IMG/VR virus record: IMGVR_UViG_3300048851_000193
Span: 1-24,590 of that record
Reading direction: 5' to 3' (one strand)
From: a virus
Lineage: Duplodnaviria > Caudoviricetes
Length of the DNA: 24,590 bases
Position 1 is the stretch's first letter. Each line of letters begins with the position of its first letter. Below the pieces are notes generated by a model that was not told where the DNA came from, searched no databases, and saw nothing but the letters and a program-made list of their open reading frames with translations. The translations under genes were made by a program, and so were the position numbers. Shown piece by piece: positions 14,445 to 22,379 of the stretch.

Positions 14445-15563
14445 TTACGCGTCGGGCTGCGAAGCGTGGAAGATGTTGACCATGCCGGTCTGAACACCCT
14501 TCACGGACATCTTGGTCTGGCCACGGATTTCCAGAATGCCGAGACCGTGCACGTGACCGTAGTCACGGGTATCGACACGCGGCTCAGGCAGCTTGGCCCA
14601 AGCAACGCCCAGAGCGTTCGCGCCGCAGAGCATCGCGTTGCCGACCGGGACGCTCGAAGCGCCAACGACGCCCGAGAGAACACCAATCGATGGGATGCAC
14701 TTGATCACGATGCCGTTCCAGATGAGGTCGCCCGACTGGAAGATCGGGTTGCTCTCCACGTCGCGAGGACGAGCGTCCTTGTTCGCAGCGTAGATGGTCG
14801 GATCGTTGAACAGATCGCGGTAGCCTTCCGTGTTGACGAACAGAACGAAAGTCTCGCGACCATTGCTGTCATCAGTGCGGTAGGGGTTGATCGCCAGCGA
14901 AGTGGTCGAAAGAGCCATCGACTTGGCGAGGTTCAGCGTGGCAGCGCTGAGCTTGTCGGCGGACGCATCGACATTCGCAGCCGAGGTCGAGAAAGTGCCG
15001 GTGTTGTTGCTCTTCGAAGCGCCGAACAGGACACGATCCGAATTGGCCGTGATGTAGGCATTGCGCTCACCGGTCGAGGCATCAGCGAAAGCCTTAACGA
15101 TGTCCTCGGCATAGTTGCCGTCTGCGTCAGCGGACGAACCCTGAACCACAACACCAGTGCCCATCTTGATCAGGTCGAGCTTCAGAGCCTGTGCGCGGTT
15201 GTCGCGGAGAGCCGAACGGGCCTGATTGGCGATGTCGAGATCAGTCTTGAACTTCTCGTTCTCAGTGACCGCGACCGCATGACGACGAAGGGTCGCCTTG
15301 ATGCCGATGCTGTAGTTGGCCATCGCCTCTTCGGCACCGATGAGCGGGGTGTCGCCCGTCACGCCACCGCCAGTCAACGCCCCGTAGTACGGGATGTGGA
15401 CGGTCGTGCCGTTCTGGCCAGTCAAGTCCTTGTTGACGCGGATGATCGAGGTATCGCCAGTTCCCATGTAAGGCACAAAGCCAGACGTCCGAACATAGTC
15501 GGAGAGGAACTTGGTGCTCCAAACGTGCTTTTCGGAAGCAGGAGCGAGTTTGAAATCAGCCAT
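14445..15563 (-). CDS. major capsid protein (N4-gp56/DUF4043-like)
   Basis: 372 aa directly after the scaffold; DLTGQNGTTV, GVTGDTPLIGAEE, NPIFQSGDLIWNGIVI, DYG motifs; AAGGA SD. Confidence 0.88.
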   Translation of the reverse strand: MADFKLAPASEKHVWSTKFLSDYVRTSGFVPYMGTGDTSIIRVNKDLTGQNGTTVHIPYYGALTGGGVTGDTPLIGAEEAMANYSIGIKATLRRHAVAVTENEKFKTDLDIANQARSALRDNRAQALKLDLIKMGTGVVVQGSSADADGNYAEDIVKAFADASTGERNAYITANSDRVLFGASKSNNTGTFSTSAANVDASADKLSAATLNLAKSMALSTTSLAINPYRTDDSNGRETFVLFVNTEGYRDLFNDPTIYAANKDARPRDVESNPIFQSGDLIWNGIVIKCIPSIGVLSGVVGASSVPVGNAMLCGANALGVAWAKLPEPRVDTRDYGHVHGLGILEIRGQTKMSVKGVQTGMVNIFHASQPDA

Positions 15564-15575
15564 CTTGGTTAATCC

Positions 15576-16355
15576 TTATTTTTTGAAGATGGCGTCGAAG
15601 TCGTCTTGAGCTTTCTGTTTCAGGGATACCGCATCGTTCGCAGAACGAGCGGCAGCGAGAGACTTGGGGCCGTTCGGTTTATTCGTCGCCGTGGTTGTGT
15701 TTGCGACTTCACCATTCTGGAGAGCCGCGAGTCCAAGTTCGGCAGCGCGTTGACGCACGTAGGCGTCGGGATCAGCGCTGAAGCTCTTGAACAGATCGGA
15801 GCGTTTCTTTTGCTCGATGACCCAAAGAGCGGGATCAGTCTGCCGCATCAATTCAGCTTCGAATGCAGGATTCCGAGTAGCTTCTTCGCCAGCCCAATCG
15901 GCCACTTCTGAGACATACTCAGCCCCATACTGCTCGACTGCACGAGCACGGGAAGTGGTGAGGTTCTGAACAAAAAGCTGCTGCTGGACCTGAATCGCCA
16001 ACTGCTGCTGCTGATACTGATGATACGCAACGGGATCATCGTAAGGATCGGGAACATCGCTCGGCAGAGTATTGGCTCGCGCCTCAACTTGAGGCTGCGC
16101 CATCTTCTGTCGCAACTGTTCGAGTTCTTCGCGAGCTACACGCACCTTGTCACGTTCTGCATGGAGTGCTGCGAGGGGGACTGTTGAGGTTTCCGCTCGT
16201 GGCGTTTCCGTGCCTGTTTCGGGCTCGTGTTCGGCTTCATCAGCCGCTTCAATTTCCGGCTCAGGAGTTGCCTCCGCTTCCGGTTCGATCACCTCTGCGG
16301 TTTCCGCTTCGGGCAAATCATCATTGAAAAAATCGTCCAGACTCTTGTCTTCCAT
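15576..16355 (-). CDS. capsid scaffolding protein (259 aa)
   Basis: Acidic Glu/Pro N-terminus, TVPLAALHAER coiled-coil, PDPYDDP, C-terminal PKSL...FDAIF; lies between portal and capsid. Confidence 0.85.
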   Translation of the reverse strand: MEDKSLDDFFNDDLPEAETAEVIEPEAEATPEPEIEAADEAEHEPETGTETPRAETSTVPLAALHAERDKVRVAREELEQLRQKMAQPQVEARANTLPSDVPDPYDDPVAYHQYQQQQLAIQVQQQLFVQNLTTSRARAVEQYGAEYVSEVADWAGEEATRNPAFEAELMRQTDPALWVIEQKKRSDLFKSFSADPDAYVRQRAAELGLAALQNGEVANTTTATNKPNGPKSLAAARSANDAVSLKQKAQDDFDAIFKK

Positions 16356-16497
16356 AATCCTTTTCCAGTCATCTACGCGTGACCTTATCGCGAAACGCCC
16401 GTTATGAATGTCGGCGACACACTGCTTGTGATCGGCACAAAACAACCGAAACGCCCATAAGTCGGCGGCACTTTGTTGGGACTGGCCGGTCCCAACA
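16356..16497 (-). promoter_or_regulatory. structured 5' leader of the scaffold/capsid transcript
   Basis: 9-bp hairpin at 16474-16497, then two imperfect direct repeats GTGYCGCCGAC-N4/9-GGGCGTTTCG (16447-16471, 16391-16420). Confidence 0.65.
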
Positions 16498-16500
16498 TTC

Positions 16501-16508
16501 TATTTATC
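16501..16508 (-). promoter_or_regulatory. putative late promoter GATAAATA
   Basis: Same octamer, just after the portal stop; the predicted +1 falls at the base of the leader hairpin. Confidence 0.72.
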
Positions 16509-16515
16509 ATCGAGC

Positions 16516-18381
16516 TTAGAATCCGTTCGGATAAGGCTGCTGAGCACCCATTAGGGTTTGTAGAGCCATCAGCTTCTTGCCGTTTTCAGCACCACGCAGA
16601 GCCTCTGTTTCGAACGTGGTCTTCTCCGCTTCAGCAAAGTGCTTCGCGGCCTTGGCCTGCTCGCTCTGCAACTCGACCGCATTGCGCTGCTGCGCCTGTT
16701 CCTGAGCGGCTTCCTGTGCGCCTGCCTGCTGCTGCTGAGCTTCCTGTGCGAGGCGCTGGAGCTTTTCGACTGTGCCTCGCTTGTTGGGCAGCGAAGACAT
16801 CTCCAGCATGGCCCAAAATTCAGGCGAGAACGGGCTGAGACGGTTGCTGGACGCGTATTCGAGCAGCGTGGAGAACGTCTCCTGCTCCAGCGTCAGCGTG
16901 TCGGGGACGGTCGTCAGGATCACGTCCATATCGAGTTCGGCAAGACGGTTCTTCACGCCCACCTGCCCCGTGCCGACCGTGGTCAACGGCTGGCCAGTAT
17001 AGGGATCAATCATCGGCTCACCCGTGACCGGGTGCATTGCGGGCACCTGCACCGGCCCGATGACGGGCTCGTTGATCGTCAGGAACTCGGTCGCTCGGGG
17101 ATCATCAGTGACGCGCACGATTTCCGGCTGCGTGAGATACTGGCGAGCCATGCACCACATCGCGCGATAAACGCTCAGTTCGAAATCCTCGAAACGGCCA
17201 AAGCCACGTGCAAGCTCGGTATACCCCGCTTGCTGCAAAATCTGGCGCGAGCGGCCCGACTGGTTTGCCGCCGCAACTTGCCCCAGAACCGCAGGCGTCG
17301 GGGCCATACGGTCCAGCGCTGCAAGATCGTTCTGGAGGATCATCATCTGACCCTGAGCGAGATCGGGAGACGGAACCGCTTCCCAGCCGAAGGGGATCGT
17401 GCCGTCAGCCTTGCTGGCTTCGCGGCGGGCGATCTCCTTGTTCTCAGGCGGAGACATCAACTCGACCTGACGGGTCTGGCGATGATTGACCAAGTGCAGG
17501 AGACGCGAGTTGCGTGCGTTTACGGAATCCTGAAGCGGGATCATGTTGCGGATCGCGCCGTAGCGATGCCCTTCCTGCGTGATCTCGTAGCTGACTGCCT
17601 TGAGGGGGCACATCGATTGGCCCAAGTCATCGACATAGTCGGAGGGACCGGCCCAGAGCATCCCGCTCGCAACGAAGATGGCGCGGTGCCATTCTCCGCC
17701 TGCAACGTAATAGAGATCGATCACCCGCACGCGCTTGCGCTTCGGGTCTTCCCACCAACTCTTTTTATAATCGCCGAAGAAATCCGCCAGCCCGTTGGCG
17801 TCTCCGGTTGGTGAGCCAAGAGCCTCGAATGTCTCTGGGAACATGCGCGCGACTTCCGCGCCATCCATCATCTTCGCGATGCCGAGATACTGAGCGTCGG
17901 TGAAGTCGTACTCGATGGAGTAGGGATCGTAGACGAACTCGCTCCAGCGGATCGCGCGCACGTCGATTGCTCGACCATTCCACTCCAGCGCAATCGCGGA
18001 CGTGCCCTCCACGAGATACTCTTTCGAAGTGGTCTTGCGCGCCTTCTTGTAATTGCCGCGATCCGCCAGATACCGGAGCGTCTTGGTAACGACATCGGCA
18101 GCATCGGCAGCGCGCGGGACGCGCGGCATTGCTTCCGGATCGCTCACGCCGCTGTCGAGAATGCCAAGCATTCCGGACACTGCGGAGGCAACACGGTTCG
18201 TAAAGATCGGCGGCTGGCCGCGCTTTAGAAGCTCATCCAGAACCGCTTCACTGATCTGATTACCGTCAAAGTAATCGCGATCTTTCTTGCACTTCTTTGC
18301 GTTCGTTTCATTCGCGTCAATGAACGCCTGAACCATCTGTTTCAGGCGAGTATGCTCAACCGGCTGCTTATAATCTTCCAT
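16516..18381 (-). CDS. portal protein (P22-like, 621 aa)
   Basis: DRDYFDGNQ, RGQPPIFTNR, YGAIRNMIPLQDSVN, QSGRS motifs and a Gln-rich C-terminal barrel; follows TerL; ATG at 18381. Confidence 0.9.
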   Translation of the reverse strand: MEDYKQPVEHTRLKQMVQAFIDANETNAKKCKKDRDYFDGNQISEAVLDELLKRGQPPIFTNRVASAVSGMLGILDSGVSDPEAMPRVPRAADAADVVTKTLRYLADRGNYKKARKTTSKEYLVEGTSAIALEWNGRAIDVRAIRWSEFVYDPYSIEYDFTDAQYLGIAKMMDGAEVARMFPETFEALGSPTGDANGLADFFGDYKKSWWEDPKRKRVRVIDLYYVAGGEWHRAIFVASGMLWAGPSDYVDDLGQSMCPLKAVSYEITQEGHRYGAIRNMIPLQDSVNARNSRLLHLVNHRQTRQVELMSPPENKEIARREASKADGTIPFGWEAVPSPDLAQGQMMILQNDLAALDRMAPTPAVLGQVAAANQSGRSRQILQQAGYTELARGFGRFEDFELSVYRAMWCMARQYLTQPEIVRVTDDPRATEFLTINEPVIGPVQVPAMHPVTGEPMIDPYTGQPLTTVGTGQVGVKNRLAELDMDVILTTVPDTLTLEQETFSTLLEYASSNRLSPFSPEFWAMLEMSSLPNKRGTVEKLQRLAQEAQQQQAGAQEAAQEQAQQRNAVELQSEQAKAAKHFAEAEKTTFETEALRGAENGKKLMALQTLMGAQQPYPNGF

Positions 18382-18386
18382 GCGGA

Positions 18387-18394
18387 TATTTATC
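18387..18394 (-). promoter_or_regulatory. putative late promoter GATAAATA in a short hairpin
   Basis: GATAAATA-TCCGC-ATG (18381); GCGGAT/ATCCGC inverted repeat. Confidence 0.78.
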
Positions 18395-18401
18395 CGCCGC
18401 G

Positions 18402-19952
18402 CTACCAACACAGGTCCGAATGAGAGCCAGCCTCAAGCGGAGGCTCGAAATCACGACGCCTTGACCCTGCCGAGCTACTCGTCGCGATGAACGCAGGCAT
18501 GAGTTCTGCAATGACACGAGCAATCGCGCCGTCTGCGTCAACTTGGTCATCATGCTTGCCGACCGGGAAGCTCACATATTCATCGAGCGCCGTGTCGCCA
18601 ACTTCACCTTCGGGAAGGTAGACCATGCCCATGCTGGCCATCGCCTGATAGGCTTGAGCCTTGCCCTCTTTGTCGCCCGCACCTTTCAGCGCCAGCGGCT
18701 CGATGCGGCAGTATACCTGCGTGTCGAGCATAGCGGCGCGAACGAACCCGTTGATGGCCGTCCAAGTGCCATCGTTTTCGGGATACCAGCCGTATGGCCG
18801 GTATTTGGCGATCAGCGGGAGGATGCCCTCTTGAGCCAGTTCCACGCGACCATCGGCACCACGCACCACGCCGATAAGCTCGTCGGTCATGCACTGCTTG
18901 CGGAAGCTGTCCACGAGCCAGAGATTGCGCTTCTCATCGACGCCCCAGATACGCACCACGTTGTAGTCCGAGGTTTTCTTGCCACCCGGAGCGTGGTCGC
19001 TGGTCATGTAATAGTTGAGCTTCTTCGGAAGCTGCTCGGGCCTATAGCGATTGAACCAGCTTCGGACGAAGTAGCCGTCATTGGCTGGCGCGGGTCGCTG
19101 CTGACACTGCCCAGCCCACACGAATGGTCCCATGCTCGCCTTGAGCTTCTTGATCGTTGCTGCGTTGAACAGGGCGGGGAACATCAATTCGCCGGGTTCG
19201 CGATGATCGATCCAGCCGAGCCCGTTCACGGTCGCATCCGCTTCCGCGATCATCGGAATGCACAAATGCACGTAGCCGAGATCGGGACGGCTCAGGATCG
19301 CGCCCGACACGTCCTCTTCATGCAGGCGCTGCATGATGACGATGATCGCATCCCGCTCCTGATTGTTGAGACGCGTCGGGACCGCTTCCAAGAACGTCTC
19401 AACCGTGCTCGCACGCTCAGCCGCAGACTTCGCGCCTTTCACTGAGTGAGGATCATCGATGATGACGATGTTGCCGCGCGAGCCGGTCATGCTCGTGAAG
19501 GCCATCGCTTCGCGAGCACCCTTGCTGGTGTTTTCGAACGCTGTTTTCTTGTTTTCGTCGTCGCGTAGCTCGACCGGCCAAAGGCGCTGATACCATTCGC
19601 TGGAGATCAGGAGACGGGTCTTGCGGCTATCGCGGGTCGCAAGGTTGAGACTGTGCGCAGCCGAGATGATGCGCTTGCTCGGATCGCGCGCCCAGAGCCA
19701 CGCTGGGAAGAGCACGCCGACGATGCTCGACTTGGCCGAACCGGGCGGAACGTTGATGAGCAGACGCGTGCAACGGCCTTCCGCGACCGCCTGCAAGTGA
19801 TCGCAGATTACGCCGATGTGCCAGTTTGCAATGAACGGTGCCGGGTCGATGATCGACCACGCAGCTTCCACGAACTTTCGGAATGACCGGGTATAAAGCT
19901 CGCGCTGCGCTTGCAGGAGTTCTGCTTGAGAGAGCTTGCGAGCGTTAGCCAC
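18402..19952 (-). CDS. terL: terminase large subunit
   Basis: Walker A region INVPPGSAKS, Walker B IIDDP, MQRLHEED, QQRP, nuclease acidic motifs SDHA and HDDQVDA. Confidence 0.95.
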   Translation of the reverse strand: MANARKLSQAELLQAQRELYTRSFRKFVEAAWSIIDPAPFIANWHIGVICDHLQAVAEGRCTRLLINVPPGSAKSSIVGVLFPAWLWARDPSKRIISAAHSLNLATRDSRKTRLLISSEWYQRLWPVELRDDENKKTAFENTSKGAREAMAFTSMTGSRGNIVIIDDPHSVKGAKSAAERASTVETFLEAVPTRLNNQERDAIIVIMQRLHEEDVSGAILSRPDLGYVHLCIPMIAEADATVNGLGWIDHREPGELMFPALFNAATIKKLKASMGPFVWAGQCQQRPAPANDGYFVRSWFNRYRPEQLPKKLNYYMTSDHAPGGKKTSDYNVVRIWGVDEKRNLWLVDSFRKQCMTDELIGVVRGADGRVELAQEGILPLIAKYRPYGWYPENDGTWTAINGFVRAAMLDTQVYCRIEPLALKGAGDKEGKAQAYQAMASMGMVYLPEGEVGDTALDEYVSFPVGKHDDQVDADGAIARVIAELMPAFIATSSSAGSRRRDFEPPLEAGSHSDLCW

Positions 19953-20331
19953 GCTTCTCCTTGCTGCTCAGGCGGACGATCTCCGCGAGCGCTTCATCGG
20001 AGAGCTTCTCGACGTCGAGGCCATCGTAGACGACTTCCTCGGGAGCTTGGATCGTGATCGCGGGCTTGCCATACGCGCGCTCCAGCCACGTCTTCGCTGC
20101 ACTCACACGGCTGCCCGCAGGCGCTTCCTCATCCTCAATGATCTGGAGCAGCGCATCGGCAACGCGCTTCGACTTTAGCCGGAAGTACGCAGTGTGATCC
20201 TTGCCGCCACTTTCGGCCTTCACCAAAGCTTGGGGCTGATTGCCGCCAAGAGGATTCCCCGAAACGCCCTTGGGGAAACGCCCCTTGTTGTCGCGCGGGA
20301 TCGGGATAATGTTGTCATTGTTGTCGCTCAT
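19945..20331 (-). CDS. terS: terminase small subunit (128 aa)
   Basis: GRFPKGVSGNPLG N-terminal motif and LERAYGKP; overlaps the TerL start; ATG at 20331. Confidence 0.8.
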   Translation of the reverse strand: MSDNNDNIIPIPRDNKGRFPKGVSGNPLGGNQPQALVKAESGGKDHTAYFRLKSKRVADALLQIIEDEEAPAGSRVSAAKTWLERAYGKPAITIQAPEEVVYDGLDVEKLSDEALAEIVRLSSKEKRG

Positions 20332-20354
20332 GCCAGTATTTATCTGGCATGAGC
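20326..20354 (-). promoter_or_regulatory. late promoter in the loop of an 11-bp hairpin covering the terS start codon
   Basis: GCTCATGCCAG-ATAAATA-CTGGCATGAGC. Confidence 0.82.
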
Positions 20355-20386
20355 ACTCTCCGTGTTTGGGCACGGCTTTGGCCGTA

Positions 20387-22339
20387 TTAGCCGATGATCC
20401 AAGCAGAGCCGTTGCTAAAGATTGGCACCACGTTCGTTCCACCGCCTGCTACGGTTGAGAGGAACGTCGTTGCACCTGCATCAGTAACTGTTGCTCGCCA
20501 GCCTCGATTGTTTGCGGATGCTGTGGGCAACCCTGCGACAGTCGAAACCCCAATCACGACTGCTCCGACAGCCGACGAACGCGACTTTTCAATCCACACA
20601 GCGCGATCAGCGCTATACTGAAACGTAATCGAGCCGGAGGTATTCGCGCTTCCGAGAACGAAGTCTTGTCCGTTGGCGAGATGGAGATTTCCCGTACCGT
20701 GCTTGACCGTGATAGTTCCGGTGTTCGCCCAACGCGTCAGCGTAATCTCCTGACCATCATAGAGGCCGGAAGAGCCAGTTGAAGAATTGGCGTAGCGGAT
20801 CAATCCGTAGAGTTGGTCATCGAGGTTGGATTCGCCAACAAGTGCGATTTGCTTTCGGCTCGCACGGATGTTCCCGGCGATGATTTCCTGACGGCCTGCA
20901 AAGTCGTCCGCTACCGTATTGACGATATTGGCTGCGCTGAAAGAGCCAAGATCGATCAAGGGCATTGGAACAGCGAGCGTGTTTCCCGTGATGTGTACTA
21001 CGTTGGTGATCTGGCCAAAGACGTTCGGCTTGATAACCGCCAGACCGTCGCAGTTCGCTACTTTGACCGCCGCTTCCATGACGCCGCCGCCATTGGCGAA
21101 GTCGGTCAGGAACACACCCACGGAGCGAGCCTTCACGATGTCGATGCCGATGCCGCATTCCTCGAAGCTGCTGTTCCAGAATCCGACGGCGGTTCCGGCT
21201 TCGACACGGACAGCAGGAGAGTAGACGCCTGCTCTGTTCGGAAGCGGGTTGTTGAAGATCGTGGTGTAGAAGGAAATGCGCGCCGGTCCCACGCCATTTT
21301 CATGAGGGGAGAGCAGGACGCTTGCGCCGCTACCGTCGAGGATGTTCGCTCCACAGATCGATGACTGGATCGTCGTTGCCTCGATGACTGCCCCCTTGAT
21401 GCGGATGTTGTAGGAGCCGTTATTCGCGATCTCGACGTTGTTGAGGTAGACGCGCTGCACGAATGGACCTTCTGCGGAGGTGCCTTCCATCCAGAGACCG
21501 GCGCGGCCCTGATTGGTGATCGTAATGTCCTGCAAGTAGATCGTATCGTTGAAGGTGCCTGCTGCCGTAGGCGCGATGTTTACGCCGTCTTTGTCGGGAG
21601 CGATGGTGCTATCGCCCCATAGCCACATGTTGCGCAGGCCGAAGCGGACAAGGCTGCTGTTAGCAGGAACCTTGAACTGATGCGCGTTCGAGGCGGGGCG
21701 AAGGATCGTCTCGCGCATATTTACGCCTTCGAGCACGACCTGATTTGTGAAGGTGATGTTGCTGACCTTGAACGTTCCCTGCGGGATTCGGAGCACGCCG
21801 CCACCAGCGGCTGCGAGCGCGTTCATTGCTGATTGCAGGTTGGCGGAGTAATCGACGGAGCCGTCTTTGACGTATCCTGCCGGTAGCCATTCCGCGAAGT
21901 GCCACGTCTGCGAAAGCTTTTCGGCTACGCTCATCGGGCGCGCGCCAGCTACTGGACGACTGTATCCAACAAGAGCCGATCCACCAGAAGCCATGACGGT
22001 GGCCAGACCGTCACCGGGCTCGCCCTTTTCCCCCTTCAGACCGATGTCGCCCTTGAGCCCCTGAGCACCACGCGGGCCGACCTGACCGACCGCCACCTTG
22101 GTCCAGCGACCCGGCTGGCCGTCAGACGGTGCAATGACGGTCTCGCCATCGTGGGGAAGCGTCGAGAGCGGGTTCCAAGCGAACAGACCGCCCAGACCGT
22201 CAGCGGGAGAGAAAGCACCCGCAACAATTGCGGAGTAGCCGTCCGTCAGATGCTTAGTCGAAACACTCCGAAGATCATCAAACGTCGAAGCATTGATATA
22301 CGGGTTGCCGTAATGGGGCAGGTTATTGTTGATCGTCAT
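20387..22339 (-). CDS. tailspike with a right-handed beta-helix (pectate-lyase-like depolymerase)
   Basis: DGSVDYSANLQSAMNALAAAGGGVLRIPQGTF beta-helix cap, Asn/Gly/Ile-rich coils, short collagen-like linker. Confidence 0.85.
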   Translation of the reverse strand: MTINNNLPHYGNPYINASTFDDLRSVSTKHLTDGYSAIVAGAFSPADGLGGLFAWNPLSTLPHDGETVIAPSDGQPGRWTKVAVGQVGPRGAQGLKGDIGLKGEKGEPGDGLATVMASGGSALVGYSRPVAGARPMSVAEKLSQTWHFAEWLPAGYVKDGSVDYSANLQSAMNALAAAGGGVLRIPQGTFKVSNITFTNQVVLEGVNMRETILRPASNAHQFKVPANSSLVRFGLRNMWLWGDSTIAPDKDGVNIAPTAAGTFNDTIYLQDITITNQGRAGLWMEGTSAEGPFVQRVYLNNVEIANNGSYNIRIKGAVIEATTIQSSICGANILDGSGASVLLSPHENGVGPARISFYTTIFNNPLPNRAGVYSPAVRVEAGTAVGFWNSSFEECGIGIDIVKARSVGVFLTDFANGGGVMEAAVKVANCDGLAVIKPNVFGQITNVVHITGNTLAVPMPLIDLGSFSAANIVNTVADDFAGRQEIIAGNIRASRKQIALVGESNLDDQLYGLIRYANSSTGSSGLYDGQEITLTRWANTGTITVKHGTGNLHLANGQDFVLGSANTSGSITFQYSADRAVWIEKSRSSAVGAVVIGVSTVAGLPTASANNRGWRATVTDAGATTFLSTVAGGGTNVVPIFSNGSAWIIG

Positions 22340-22368
22340 GCGAGTATTTATCTCGCACGACGATCAAC
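22328..22368 (-). promoter_or_regulatory. late promoter in the loop of a 17-bp hairpin covering the tailspike start codon
   Basis: GTTGATCGTCGTGCGAG-ATAAATA-CTCGCATGACGATCAAC; the only non-Watson-Crick pair is G-U on the coding strand. Confidence 0.85.
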
Positions 22369-22379
22369 CTGACGGGCGC

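Noticed and set aside
14424-15572. 382-aa plus-strand ORF, and similar long antisense ORFs at 16639..17814, 18543..19445, 22734..24023, 9080..9901 and 3301..4029
   Set aside because: They mirror well-supported minus-strand genes; long antisense frames are expected in GC-rich coding DNA and show no motifs.
13832-20442. Longer starts from the ORF track (13874, 14497, 16445, 18411, 20442)
   Set aside because: The extensions run through upstream genes, a terminator or promoter boxes. Internal ATGs at 13832, 14371, 16355, 18381 and 20331 fit the overlaps, SD or N5 rule.
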